From positions 1-37,552 of the IMG/VR virus record IMGVR_UViG_3300043394_000489: a DNA stretch of 37,552 nucleotides. The stretch is one strand, 5' to 3'. The notes beneath the pieces are model-generated. The model searched no databases and was not told the origin of the DNA. It saw only the letters and a program-made list of their open reading frames with translations. Below are positions 16,136 through 25,427 of this stretch, piece by piece. The number at the start of each line of letters is the position of its first letter. Position 1 is the first letter of the stretch. The stretch comes from a virus (lineage: Duplodnaviria; Caudoviricetes). Position numbers and translations under genes: made by a program.

Positions 16136-16405
16136 ATGATCAAAGCGTATTCACGAATTAAATATAAATGTGAGAAATGCAAAGAGGAATATATGGGGGA
16201 TGAAAAGCACGAGTGTAAAGTGAATAAGCTACCAGAGGGTTTGCCTATTACAATTAACGATACCTTTTTTGAGGCAGCTAAGGTAAGGATAAGTGCTGAG
16301 AAGTGGGCGAACGGAGAGGATTTACCAGAGACAGCCGACGACTACTTAGCGAGCGATGAGTTTTTAAATTTAATAAAAGGAGAAAAGAAATGGAAAAAAA
16401 TATAA
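16136..16405 (+). CDS. Hypothetical protein with CxxC...HxC zinc motif
   Basis: YKCEKCKEEYMGDEKHEC; GAGGAGG RBS. Confidence 0.65.
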   Translation: MIKAYSRIKYKCEKCKEEYMGDEKHECKVNKLPEGLPITINDTFFEAAKVRISAEKWANGEDLPETADDYLASDEFLNLIKGEKKWKKI

Positions 16406-16761
16406 ATGAAATAGAAATAAATGGGGTTAAATACGTCAAGAAGGGGAGTGAGGAAGTTCTTGCAACCTCAACTGATGGCTTAGAGTATGTAATCATTAGG
16501 GCAGATAGAGCAGGAGTTTTTGCTGGCTATCTAGTAAGCAGAGATGGAACTGAAGTTGTCTTAAGAGATGTTCGCAGACTGTGGTATTGGTCTGGTGCTG
16601 CATCATTGTCTGAGCTTGCGAATAAAGGAGTTAAAAATGCTAGTGCTTGCAAGTTTCCAGCACCAAATAAAAAAATAATAGTTACTGGCGTGATAGAAGT
16701 AATTCCAGCTACCGAAACAGCAAGAAAAATAATTGAAGGAGTACCTGTATGGTCAGCATAA
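16390..16761 (+). CDS. Conserved phage Sm-like protein (DUF6948-like)
   Basis: YVIIRADRAGVFAG...VVLRDVRRLWYWSGAASLSELA...IEVIP signature. Confidence 0.7.
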   Translation: MEKNINEIEINGVKYVKKGSEEVLATSTDGLEYVIIRADRAGVFAGYLVSRDGTEVVLRDVRRLWYWSGAASLSELANKGVKNASACKFPAPNKKIIVTGVIEVIPATETARKIIEGVPVWSA

Positions 16762-17222
16762 GAGATGGCGATGGCTCAGGCTATGGCTATGGCTATGGCT
16801 CAGGCTTTGGCTTTGGCTCTGGCTATGGCGATGGCTCAGGCGATGGCGGCTATGGCGATGGCTCAGGCGATGGCTCAGGCTTTGGCGGCTATGGCCGTGG
16901 CGATGGCTCAGGCTCAGGCTCAGGCGATGGCGGCTCTGGCCGTGGCGATGGCTCAGGCGATGGCGGCTATGGCCATGGCTCAGGCGATGGCTCAGGCTTT
17001 GGCGGCTATGGCCGTGGCGATGGCTCAGGCTCAGGCTCAGGCGATGGCGGCTCTGGCTATGGCGATGGCGATGGCTCAGGCTTTGGCGGCTATGGCCGTG
17101 GCGATGGCTCAGGCTCAGGCTCAGGCGATGGCGGCTCTGGCTATGGCGATGGCTTTGGCTCTGGCTATGGCGATGGCTCAGGCTATGGCTATGGCTATGG
17201 CGTAGAGGTTTTAGAGGATTAA
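16749..17222 (+). CDS. Glycine-rich low-complexity protein (GYGDGSG repeats)
   Basis: GGAG RBS, overlap with the upstream gene; three exact 75-bp copies at 16866-16940, 16983-17057 and 17067-17141. Confidence 0.65.
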   Translation: MVSIRDGDGSGYGYGYGSGFGFGSGYGDGSGDGGYGDGSGDGSGFGGYGRGDGSGSGSGDGGSGRGDGSGDGGYGHGSGDGSGFGGYGRGDGSGSGSGDGGSGYGDGDGSGFGGYGRGDGSGSGSGDGGSGYGDGFGSGYGDGSGYGYGYGVEVLED

Positions 17223-17235
17223 TAGAGGGTGAGAA

Positions 17236-17448
17236 ATGACAAGCTTTAGTCAAAGTCTCACGTTCAATAAAATGAAAGCACAAATCAGAAAAAGAAAAAA
17301 ACGAAAGGGGATATTAGTAAGACAGGCTGAAGGCAAGCTAATCACCAAGCAAGAGCAAAACTTTGTTAATAGAAGAACAAGAAAAAAAAATCTAATTGCT
17401 ATTGAAGCTCTTCAAAAGCAAGCACAAGATATGGGGTTATACAATTAA
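17236..17448 (+). CDS. Basic hypothetical protein
   Basis: GAGGG RBS; Lys/Arg rich. Confidence 0.55.
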   Translation: MTSFSQSLTFNKMKAQIRKRKKRKGILVRQAEGKLITKQEQNFVNRRTRKKNLIAIEALQKQAQDMGLYN

Positions 17449-17458
17449 TATACAATAT

Positions 17459-18145
17459 ATGAAAACACTCCTAGCTTTTTTAACCGGCCTCTTACTTATC
17501 TTAGCTACCTTTGCTCATTGGGCTGAGGCTGAGACGATTCCAGTTCAAATAGTCATAGTTAAGCATAAGCAAGCCAGCACACTTGAGCAGCAGCAGATCG
17601 CTAAACTTGGATTTGCAAGAAATAAAGAGGTAGGAGTTCAGCACGTTATTACAAGGATTTCAGTAGTAAATGACTCACTTAAAAAAAACAGATTACAGCA
17701 GTATGTAAGCAGATTAGATTCTTGGGCTAACTACGCTTACAAAAAAAAGTTATGCGATAAAGAGCAGTATTGTTTCTTACTTCTGCCGCCAGTAGTAGAC
17801 CAAGACAATAATGATTATGGTGGTGGTGTATCATCAGGAGTATGCGATTATTTTTCTGATAAAAACTATGCTTATGCGATTATCAGGATGCGAAACAGCA
17901 GCAAGCAAAGCAGATTATTTACATCAATCACTTCCGTTGCTCACGAAATAGGACATCTAAACGGTGCGGAACATGACGAAGGCAGCAAGCCATATATAAT
18001 GCATCCAGCAGCTTTGTCGTTTGGTGAAAAGATTTTGAAGTGGTCAAGCGATAGCAAGCTATATATAAAGACCTGTAATTCAGACAGATTCATAGATCCA
18101 GTAATTAGAAGTAATAAGAAGATAGTGGAGGCATTAAATCATTAA
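17459..18145 (+). CDS. Secreted metzincin zinc metalloprotease (M12/reprolysin-like)
   Basis: HEIGHLNGAEHD matches HExxHxxGxxH, with Met-turn YIMHP; signal peptide from ATG 17459 (MKTLLAFLTGLLLILATFAHWAEA). Confidence 0.85.
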   Translation: MKTLLAFLTGLLLILATFAHWAEAETIPVQIVIVKHKQASTLEQQQIAKLGFARNKEVGVQHVITRISVVNDSLKKNRLQQYVSRLDSWANYAYKKKLCDKEQYCFLLLPPVVDQDNNDYGGGVSSGVCDYFSDKNYAYAIIRMRNSSKQSRLFTSITSVAHEIGHLNGAEHDEGSKPYIMHPAALSFGEKILKWSSDSKLYIKTCNSDRFIDPVIRSNKKIVEALNH

Positions 18146-18489
18146 TGCTTAAAGAGATTCAAATACAAAAGCAATATTTTGATTGGGTCAAAATAATGAG
18201 AAACAAAGACTGGCGTTATCGCCTTATTTACCCGATTCCAAATTTTGGAAAAAGAAACCCAAAAAACGCAGCAGCAGAAGGAATAACCGCAGGGCTTTGG
18301 GATGTGTCTATTGATATAGCAAATCTAGGCTACAACGGAATGAAGCTAGAGTTTAAGAGCGAGAAAGGCAAATTAACAAAAGAGCAAAAAAGCATGAAAG
18401 ATTTATATCTTAAAGCTGGAATCCTTTGCTTTGTTTGTAAAAGTTTTGAATATGCTCAAAATTTAACTACTAAATATTTAGGAAAATGA
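18145..18489 (+). CDS. VRR-NUC domain nuclease (resolvase-like)
   Basis: EIQIQ...IPNFG...GITAGLWD...LEFKSEKGKLTKEQ. Confidence 0.85.
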   Translation: MLKEIQIQKQYFDWVKIMRNKDWRYRLIYPIPNFGKRNPKNAAAEGITAGLWDVSIDIANLGYNGMKLEFKSEKGKLTKEQKSMKDLYLKAGILCFVCKSFEYAQNLTTKYLGK

Positions 18490-18791
18490 AACATATAACA
18501 AAAGAAGTTTGGGCAGAGATGTTTTGCACGAGGTCAAATCTTGTCAAAGATATAGAAACACTTAAAAAAGCTAGGCAATATGTAATAAAACCAGCGGATA
18601 TTTTAAAAATTAGCACTATGATTTTTAAATTAGAGGCGGAACTTAGAGAAATAGATGAGATTAGTCAACAAATCAAACAACAGAAATTAACATATAAACT
18701 TAAGGTAGTTAAAAAAAGGGGGAGAAATGACAACGGACGACCTAGAGGAAGCACTTCAGAATATGGCTCAAAACATTGTGCAAATGGCTAA
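18486..18791 (+). CDS. Hypothetical coiled-coil protein
   Basis: ATGA coupling. Confidence 0.6.
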   Translation: MKHITKEVWAEMFCTRSNLVKDIETLKKARQYVIKPADILKISTMIFKLEAELREIDEISQQIKQQKLTYKLKVVKKRGRNDNGRPRGSTSEYGSKHCANG

Positions 18792-18930
18792 CGCAATTCA
18801 CAAAAAAACAGGGCATTTAGTTAGTGATATTAATATTTTTGTAGATGAGCATGGCTGCATCGGATGCGATTGCATGGTTAACATTATAGGATCGGTCGTC
18901 GCAATTAAGAAAGGGAGCTTTGATTCTTGA
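18727..18930 (+). CDS. Hypothetical protein
   Basis: GGGGGAG RBS; overlaps the tail of the previous ORF. Confidence 0.55.
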   Translation: MTTDDLEEALQNMAQNIVQMANAIHKKTGHLVSDINIFVDEHGCIGCDCMVNIIGSVVAIKKGSFDS

Positions 18931-19328
18931 GAGAGTCTACCAAAATAATAGAAATGGCTGAGATAGTTGATCATGAATCAACGCCAGAGAGAAAGCTATG
19001 GCTACACGCACTTTTAAGGGCTTATTTAGATTATTACCAATATAAAACAGACCTTATAAGACTTAATCAAACTAGAACAATTTGTAAAAAAACAAAGAAA
19101 GAATACATCTATAGCAAATACAATGCCAAAAGACACTTAGCCGCATTAGATAGATGGTTTAATTCTGATAAATTAAGTGTTGGATCTTTTATGTGGTGCT
19201 GTCAGGCTGTATCTCCTGAAACAGACGGCAAAGGGCTATCCAGACTTTTAAGAGAAGCTATAAAAAAACCGCTTAAAAAAATAGATTCATTGCACAGATT
19301 TCAAAATCGAGATAATTACGAAAAATAA
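18927..19328 (+). CDS. Conserved phage hypothetical protein
   Basis: PERKLWLHALLRAYLD...WF...SFMWCC pattern; TTGA overlap. Confidence 0.65.
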   Translation: MRESTKIIEMAEIVDHESTPERKLWLHALLRAYLDYYQYKTDLIRLNQTRTICKKTKKEYIYSKYNAKRHLAALDRWFNSDKLSVGSFMWCCQAVSPETDGKGLSRLLREAIKKPLKKIDSLHRFQNRDNYEK

Positions 19329-19382
19329 TTTATTTTTTTATTGAGTGAAATTATTTTATCTGAGATCATCAAACTGGAATAA

Positions 19383-19766
19383 ATGTCTTTACCACCATTT
19401 TCTACAGTATTTCAAGCTTTAAACTACTTTTTACATGCAAATCCTGCACGTCAAAAAGAAACTTGTATTATTGAATTAGATAGAGGGTCAAAGCCAATTT
19501 ATGAGCAGTTTAGCGGTAAGTATCCAGCCGATATATGGGCAAGTGTCTGCAAAGGCATACAGCGCATCTTATCAGAGTGGAGCGAACCGCATAGATTAGC
19601 GTTTGAGCTTTATTACTTACATAAGGCAAAAGAACACATCGGGAAAAAAAAAATTGCTAATAAGCTTAACATCTCGCAAAGATCATTTAGGCGCATGATA
19701 GAAGATCTAGAGGATGAATTTGCAAAAAGGCAACTAATCCCACCGATTGATAACAGATTTCGTTAA
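19383..19766 (+). CDS. Late transcription regulator with sigma region 4-like HTH
   Basis: HRLAFELYY...KKIANKLNISQRSFRR; last gene before the packaging module. Confidence 0.6.
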   Translation: MSLPPFSTVFQALNYFLHANPARQKETCIIELDRGSKPIYEQFSGKYPADIWASVCKGIQRILSEWSEPHRLAFELYYLHKAKEHIGKKKIANKLNISQRSFRRMIEDLEDEFAKRQLIPPIDNRFR

Positions 19767-19789
19767 TAGTTCTTATTCACTTCCTTGTT

Positions 19790-19826
19790 AAGCCGCTTTG
19801 ATGAATTTCAAGGCGGCTTTTTATTT
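19790..19826 (+). terminator. Rho-independent terminator between early and late regions
   Basis: AAGCCGCTTTGA-6nt-TCAAGGCGGCTT followed by TTTATTT. Confidence 0.75.
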
Positions 19827-19833
19827 AAAATTG

Positions 19834-21078
19834 ATGAAAGTACAAAACATTAGCATTAATAACATTTTGCCTTATGAGTTTAACAACAGAAAACATGAAC
19901 AAAATCAAATAGATAGGATAGCAAAATCAATCAGTGAGTTTGGCTTTAATCAGCCAATTGTTGTGGATGAAGATAATATAATACTAGTCGGGCATGGACG
20001 ACTATTAGCAGCTCAAAAACTAGGGCTGAAAGATGTTCCAGTTTTAAAACTAACTAACTTAAACGAAGAACAGAAAAAAGCTTATAGAATCTTAGATAAT
20101 AAACTTCAAAACGATTCAACGTGGGATTTTAATAACCTAGAGTTAGAGCTAGGGTTTTTAGAGGAGCAAGGGTTTGATCTAGAAGGTTGGGGATTGGATG
20201 AGCTTAAGGATCTATTCCCGATTAATGAGCCAGAAGTTACAGAAGATGATGGCGGTGGAGCTTTGCCAGGCGAAACCTACATAAAACTAGGTGACTTAAT
20301 CGAGCTAGGGAAACATAGGGTTCTTTGTGGAGATAGCACTAGTGCGGAAGATGTAGAGCAGCTACTACAAGGCATTAAGCCAGAGATGATGTTCACAGAT
20401 CCGCCTTACGGTGTGAGTTACGAGGGCGGACATTTTCATTCAGGGAATGTTAATATTAAACGGAAGCGTGAAAAATTAGCCGCAGACGAATCAACTGATA
20501 TTTATCCTGACTTTTTGGGAAATGTTTTAAGTCATATCGAAGGTGCTTGTTATATGTGGTTTGCAGGTTCAAAAGGATATGCAGTTTACAAAGCTTTAAA
20601 AGATGCTAATTGCGATATTCACGCACTGATTATCTGGCATAAAACTAATGCTACTTATGCAGCTATGTACGCACAGTATAAGCCGAGGCATGAGCCATGC
20701 ATTTACTTCAAGCCTAAAGGATCTACGCTTAGATGGAAGGGGGCTAGTAACGAGTGTACGATTTGGGAAGAAAAGAAAGACGGTAGAAATGATCTTCACC
20801 CTACGCAAAAGCCGATAGTGTTAGCAGCTAGAGCTATCAAGAATCACGATTGCAAAACGGTTGCCGATTTCTTTCTAGGCTCAGGCAGCACACTAATAGC
20901 AGCGGATCAACTAAATCGGATCTGCTACGGCATGGAACTAGAGCCGAAATACTGTCAAGTCATTATAGAACGATATCAAAAATATTGCTCAGATCGGAAT
21001 AAGCCGTTTGAGTGTAGAATCAACGGAGTAGAATTTAAAGGTCAAAATGACCAAAAAAACAGGCAGACCGCCGTATGA
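19834..21078 (+). CDS. ParB-like nuclease domain fused to DNA N6-adenine/N4-cytosine methyltransferase
   Basis: SISEFGFNQPIVVD..ILVGHGRLLAA; TDPPY, HPTQKP, DFFLGSGSTL. Start moved to ATG 19834 because the upstream codons lie in the terminator. Confidence 0.93.
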   Translation: MKVQNISINNILPYEFNNRKHEQNQIDRIAKSISEFGFNQPIVVDEDNIILVGHGRLLAAQKLGLKDVPVLKLTNLNEEQKKAYRILDNKLQNDSTWDFNNLELELGFLEEQGFDLEGWGLDELKDLFPINEPEVTEDDGGGALPGETYIKLGDLIELGKHRVLCGDSTSAEDVEQLLQGIKPEMMFTDPPYGVSYEGGHFHSGNVNIKRKREKLAADESTDIYPDFLGNVLSHIEGACYMWFAGSKGYAVYKALKDANCDIHALIIWHKTNATYAAMYAQYKPRHEPCIYFKPKGSTLRWKGASNECTIWEEKKDGRNDLHPTQKPIVLAARAIKNHDCKTVADFFLGSGSTLIAADQLNRICYGMELEPKYCQVIIERYQKYCSDRNKPFECRINGVEFKGQNDQKNRQTAV

Positions 21079-21400
21079 GCCAAACGATAAAGACAGAACA
21101 ACAATTAAGATTATGGCAGCAGGTGGGATTCCGGCGGACAAGATCGCCGAGGCTTTATCTCTAAGTAAAAAGACACTTTATACACACTATAAAAAAGAGA
21201 TACAAACAGCGGCACTAGAAGCAAATGCTGCGGTAGTAGCAAGTTTATTTAAACAAGCTACAAAAGGGAATGTCACAGCCGCGATATTCTGGCTTAAAAC
21301 TAGATTGCGATGGACTGAGCATATAAAGGATTTTGAGGAAGAACCCAAAAACAGAGAACGGCGGCAGTACGTTCTAGTGCCGATGTCAGAAAGTGAATAA
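21047..21400 (+). CDS. terS: Terminase small subunit
   Basis: GRPP, HTH (IAEALSLSKKTLYTHY), GNVTAAIFWLK; precedes the large subunit. Confidence 0.85.
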   Translation: MTKKTGRPPYEPNDKDRTTIKIMAAGGIPADKIAEALSLSKKTLYTHYKKEIQTAALEANAAVVASLFKQATKGNVTAAIFWLKTRLRWTEHIKDFEEEPKNRERRQYVLVPMSESE

Positions 21401-22784
21401 CGACATACTTTATCGTCACGAATGGGTACAAAGGGCTATAGATGACTATGACTCACAGCTAATAGGGGCTAGCGCAGGGCTAGGATCGGGCAAAACATCA
21501 GGGGCTACAGACTGGTTAGACGATAGAATTGCATTAAATTCTAATTGTCCATTCTGGTTTTTTATGATGCCGATTTATCAGAAGATTCACGATGCAGCTA
21601 TACCAAAGTTTAGAGAGCTTTATCAGAATTTGAATTTGCAGGAGGGCAAAGATTTTAAGATAGTAAAATCGCCATTTCCCAAAATCGTATATCCGAACGG
21701 TCAAGAAATACATTTTATATCGGCTAATAGACCAGATAAAATATTGGCGGTTGAATATGGGGGCGGTGTTATATCGGAAGCAGGATCAACGCGAAAAGAA
21801 GCTATAAAAAACGCAAGAGATAGGATAAGAGATAAGCGCAGTAAGACGCTGCAATGTTTGCTTGAAGGAGTGCCGCAGGGCATGACTTATTTTAGTGATT
21901 TATTCGATTCTGACACACAAGACGGATGGAATAAATCAAGAAAGCGAGATCACATAAAACGCTATCAGGATGACAGAGGACATTGGATGCAGCTAAGGCG
22001 GTTTAGGCTGACAACATACGATAATGAGAGGTTTTTACCGGCTGGTTATATCAGCAATTTGCTTGATAACTATAAGGGGTTAAACGCTTATATTCAGGCG
22101 TATATTCATGGAATATTTACGCCTTTGGTCGAGGGCAACGCATACAGCAACTATAAATCACTGCATGATTGTCCAGATGTAGATCCAGATCCTTACTTAG
22201 ATATAAATCTTTGTTGGGATTTTAATGCAAACCCTTTAGCATGGGCTTCAATTCAAAGATTCCCATATACAGAATATGGTGAGCGTAGATTTAGTTATAA
22301 AATAGTTCACGAAGCAAACGAAGGGTTTAATCAGCTAGATGAAGCGGTTGCAGAGTTTGCAGTAAAGCATCCAGTTACTAAATTTAGTGAAACAACTATA
22401 AAACTCTATGGCGATAGATCAGGACATGCAGGATCGCATAAGATTAAAGGATCAGATTTTGAGGCAATCGAAGGATACCTCAAAGAACTCGGTTATAGAA
22501 ACGTCCAGATCGAGGCGACTAAGCAAGTGGCTCCAGAGGCCGCAAGTGTGGAAGCCGTTCAGCGGTTATTTCTTAACAACCTATTGTTTATTTGCCAACG
22601 TTGCAAAATGGTCAGGCGATCATTCTTGTCAACTAAATGGCGAGACGGACAAAGAAAGCTAGATAAGCCAGCAGGGGAAACGCACACGCACCATAGTGAC
22701 GGTGTGAAATATTGGGCTTGGCAAACTACAAGAAACGAGACAGGCAAACAACAAATTTTTAGAGCAGGAATAAACAGAACTTGA
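21393..22784 (+). CDS. terL: Terminase large subunit
   Basis: Walker A GLGSGKT, variant Walker B GGVISEA, nuclease WDFN..P, YGDRSG, HHSDGVKY. Confidence 0.92.
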   Translation: MNNDILYRHEWVQRAIDDYDSQLIGASAGLGSGKTSGATDWLDDRIALNSNCPFWFFMMPIYQKIHDAAIPKFRELYQNLNLQEGKDFKIVKSPFPKIVYPNGQEIHFISANRPDKILAVEYGGGVISEAGSTRKEAIKNARDRIRDKRSKTLQCLLEGVPQGMTYFSDLFDSDTQDGWNKSRKRDHIKRYQDDRGHWMQLRRFRLTTYDNERFLPAGYISNLLDNYKGLNAYIQAYIHGIFTPLVEGNAYSNYKSLHDCPDVDPDPYLDINLCWDFNANPLAWASIQRFPYTEYGERRFSYKIVHEANEGFNQLDEAVAEFAVKHPVTKFSETTIKLYGDRSGHAGSHKIKGSDFEAIEGYLKELGYRNVQIEATKQVAPEAASVEAVQRLFLNNLLFICQRCKMVRRSFLSTKWRDGQRKLDKPAGETHTHHSDGVKYWAWQTTRNETGKQQIFRAGINRT

Positions 22785-24256
22785 AACTTTATCAAAACAC
22801 TAGATACAAAGAACTCGCGCCTAAATGGCGTAAATATAAGGATTGGTACGAAGCCGATCATGATACACTAGTTAGCAATTCAGCTTATTTGATTCCACAT
22901 CCCATTGAGTTGATGCCGTCCGAAGAAGCAGGAAGGCTTTACAACAGCAGAAAAAATAGGACTGAGGCACTTAAAGGCGTAGAGATGTGCGTCTCTATTT
23001 GGACTTCTATTTTATTTAGAGAATCGCCTACTTTTGACAAAGAAGCATTTACGCTATTAGAAAGAACTAACGGGCTTGAAGATATCGACGGACAAGGCAC
23101 AAGTTTTGAAAGTTTTATAATTGAAGAATTATCGCCTCAATATTTAGTTTATGGGGATATTGCAATTTTAGCAGAAAGTTTTACAGCTAATGCTATTAGT
23201 GCAGGGCAAGAACAGGAGTTAGGTTTAAGACCATATCTGAAAATCATAACTCCGCTTTGCTTTACTGATTGGGCAAAGGAAACTGCTAATGCAAGCAGAT
23301 TAGGTAAATTAAACTTTGCTAGATATGAATACTTTAAAGAAGATCCTAGATACTCTGAAACAGATGAAATAAAAAGATATCTCTGTTCAGATAGTTTTAG
23401 GAGAGATGCATCAGGTAATGTTTTAATTCAAAAATATGAATCAGAACTTGATGATCATGGACAGCCTAAAAAAGCTAATGATGGTCAAATAGATTGGACA
23501 CCAACAACTTTAATAAGTTTATCAAGTGAATTAAAAGAAATTCCGATTTCATTAATTCAAAAAGAATCATGGGTAGATGGTGTATGCGCTGAGGCAAAAA
23601 GGCATTTTAACCATCGTTCAAATTTAGATTCTATAAACCATTTTCAGGGGTATCCATCTACTTTTATATTTGGTGTTGATCCATCGGACGCGAAGCAATA
23701 TAAGCTAATTTCTGAATATACTTTAACCTTTGTTAAAGACACAGAGGCAAGAGTAGAAAGGCTACAAGCAGGGGATAGCGCAGGGGTAGAAAGGGCTGTA
23801 GATGATAGCTTAAACATGATGTTTAAGGTTGCATTAGATCAGGTAAGAAGTTTGCCGACTGATAGCAAAGCGGTACAAGGTGCGGACACGATTTCAGAAG
23901 AAAAAAGAAACCTTTACACTTTGTTAGTAAGTACGATTTCAAGATTAGAAAACATAACACAGCAAGCATTAGATAATTATGCGTTACTCGCAGGAGAAAA
24001 AGAGTTTAAAGGTAAGGTAACTTTTAATAGAGAAATTAAAGAAGAAGATATTAATCAACTAATTAAAATATTTAATAGTTTTGGCGATATTTTAAAGCCA
24101 ATCGAGGGAATGAGCGAGGCAATGGCTAAAAAGATTATTCCTAAGCTAAAGTTTGATCCAGAAACAACAGAAGAATTATTGCTTAATGCAGAAAAAGCAG
24201 ATTTAGAGAAAAAGCCAGAAGAAGAAACCGATCCAGTAGATAGCGCATTGCAATAA
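22781..24256 (+). CDS. Portal protein
   Basis: 491 aa, helical, immediately after terL (TTGA overlap). Confidence 0.8.
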   Translation: MKLYQNTRYKELAPKWRKYKDWYEADHDTLVSNSAYLIPHPIELMPSEEAGRLYNSRKNRTEALKGVEMCVSIWTSILFRESPTFDKEAFTLLERTNGLEDIDGQGTSFESFIIEELSPQYLVYGDIAILAESFTANAISAGQEQELGLRPYLKIITPLCFTDWAKETANASRLGKLNFARYEYFKEDPRYSETDEIKRYLCSDSFRRDASGNVLIQKYESELDDHGQPKKANDGQIDWTPTTLISLSSELKEIPISLIQKESWVDGVCAEAKRHFNHRSNLDSINHFQGYPSTFIFGVDPSDAKQYKLISEYTLTFVKDTEARVERLQAGDSAGVERAVDDSLNMMFKVALDQVRSLPTDSKAVQGADTISEEKRNLYTLLVSTISRLENITQQALDNYALLAGEKEFKGKVTFNREIKEEDINQLIKIFNSFGDILKPIEGMSEAMAKKIIPKLKFDPETTEELLLNAEKADLEKKPEEETDPVDSALQ

Positions 24257-24259
24257 CTT

Positions 24260-25033
24260 ATGAGTGATATTGATAGCATTAAAAAAGCTATAAAGGCACA
24301 AGATAAGTTAAGAGATAAGAATGTACAGCTTTTTACTACTAGGCTAAGAGCTTTATTAGATAAGTATATCCCAAAAGTTTTGGATTTTGAAGGCATAGAA
24401 CTTGATGAAGCGGCATCTGTAATAGGAGGGCTACAGCAAGGGCTAAAAGACGCAGGATTAAATAAGATTCTAAAAGATTTTAGAGAAGCGTACGGCGATG
24501 AATTGAGCTTAATAAATTCAATTTTATCGCCTACTACAACAAAAAAGATTTTATCAACAGCAGATAAAGAAGTTATAGAGTCTTTAATTGATTTTGATTC
24601 AAAAAAAGTAACTAGGCTAATTGCTCCTTATGTTGATGATATCGGGGCTAGTGTTTACAGATACGCAGTTGCAGGGGAAACGCCAGATGTTGAGGCTATT
24701 TTAGCTAAAACAGGTGATGTTTTAGAAAGCCAAGTTGCCACAGAGATTGATACGTTGCTGTCTGGTTTTAGTAGAACCGTAACGGCTAAAAAGGCGCAAG
24801 AGTTTGAGCTAGATTTATTTTTGTATTACGGAGCAAACGATAAAATCACAAGGGATTTTTGTCAGGAAACATTAGAAGAAAGAGATCCACCGATTTATAC
24901 AATAGATGAAATAAAACAAATGGATAACGGTCAAGGGCTAGACGTTCTTACATACGGCGGTGGCTATAATTGTCGTCATCAATGGATTCCAATTTCAGAA
25001 CAAAGGGCTATAGAGCTTGGCTATAAGGTTTAA
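24260..25033 (+). CDS. Head morphogenesis / minor capsid protein (Mu gpF, SPP1 gp7-like)
   Basis: YYGANDKITRDFC...GGYNCRHQWIP. Confidence 0.85.
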   Translation: MSDIDSIKKAIKAQDKLRDKNVQLFTTRLRALLDKYIPKVLDFEGIELDEAASVIGGLQQGLKDAGLNKILKDFREAYGDELSLINSILSPTTTKKILSTADKEVIESLIDFDSKKVTRLIAPYVDDIGASVYRYAVAGETPDVEAILAKTGDVLESQVATEIDTLLSGFSRTVTAKKAQEFELDLFLYYGANDKITRDFCQETLEERDPPIYTIDEIKQMDNGQGLDVLTYGGGYNCRHQWIPISEQRAIELGYKV

Positions 25034-25427
25034 ATCTACGTTCTTAGCGAAACGACACGCAAACGAGATATTAAGAACAAAGAAAGTGCAACTTGGGCAA
25101 GCTATGTCAGATGTAAAGCAAATGATGCTTGAAGATATAGCGAGCGGTAAGGGATACGACGGCGCAGCAATGAAGCAGTACACGCCTGAATATAAAAAAT
25201 GGAAAGTGAGCAAAGGCAGAAAAGGAAATGTAGATTTGACCTTTACAGGCAAGATGCTTAAAGCGATGCAAGTTTCAGTTTTAGAACTAAAAGACAAGTT
25301 ACTAGGAAGAATTTATTTCCTAGCAGGGGAAAGAGATAAGGCTAGATACAATCTAGCGATAAGAAAATTTTTCGGATTATCGAAAAAAAACATACAGCAA
25401 TTACGCAAAACTTTAGGGGTTAAATGA
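25017..25427 (+). CDS. Virion morphogenesis / tail completion protein
   Basis: YTPEYKKWK...VDLTFTGKML...RKFFGLS. Confidence 0.7.
   Translation: MAIRFKSTFLAKRHANEILRTKKVQLGQAMSDVKQMMLEDIASGKGYDGAAMKQYTPEYKKWKVSKGRKGNVDLTFTGKMLKAMQVSVLELKDKLLGRIYFLAGERDKARYNLAIRKFFGLSKKNIQQLRKTLGVK

Noticed and set aside
16733-17283. Trp/Arg/Leu, Met/Ala/Gln and His/Ser/Arg ORFs in other frames
   Set aside because: They are shadows of the Gly-X repeat, which lacks stops in several frames; the Gly frame has the RBS and a plausible composition.
19834-21078. ParB domain as evidence for plasmid partitioning
   Set aside because: ParB-methyltransferase fusions next to terminase are common in phages, and no ParA or parS array was seen.
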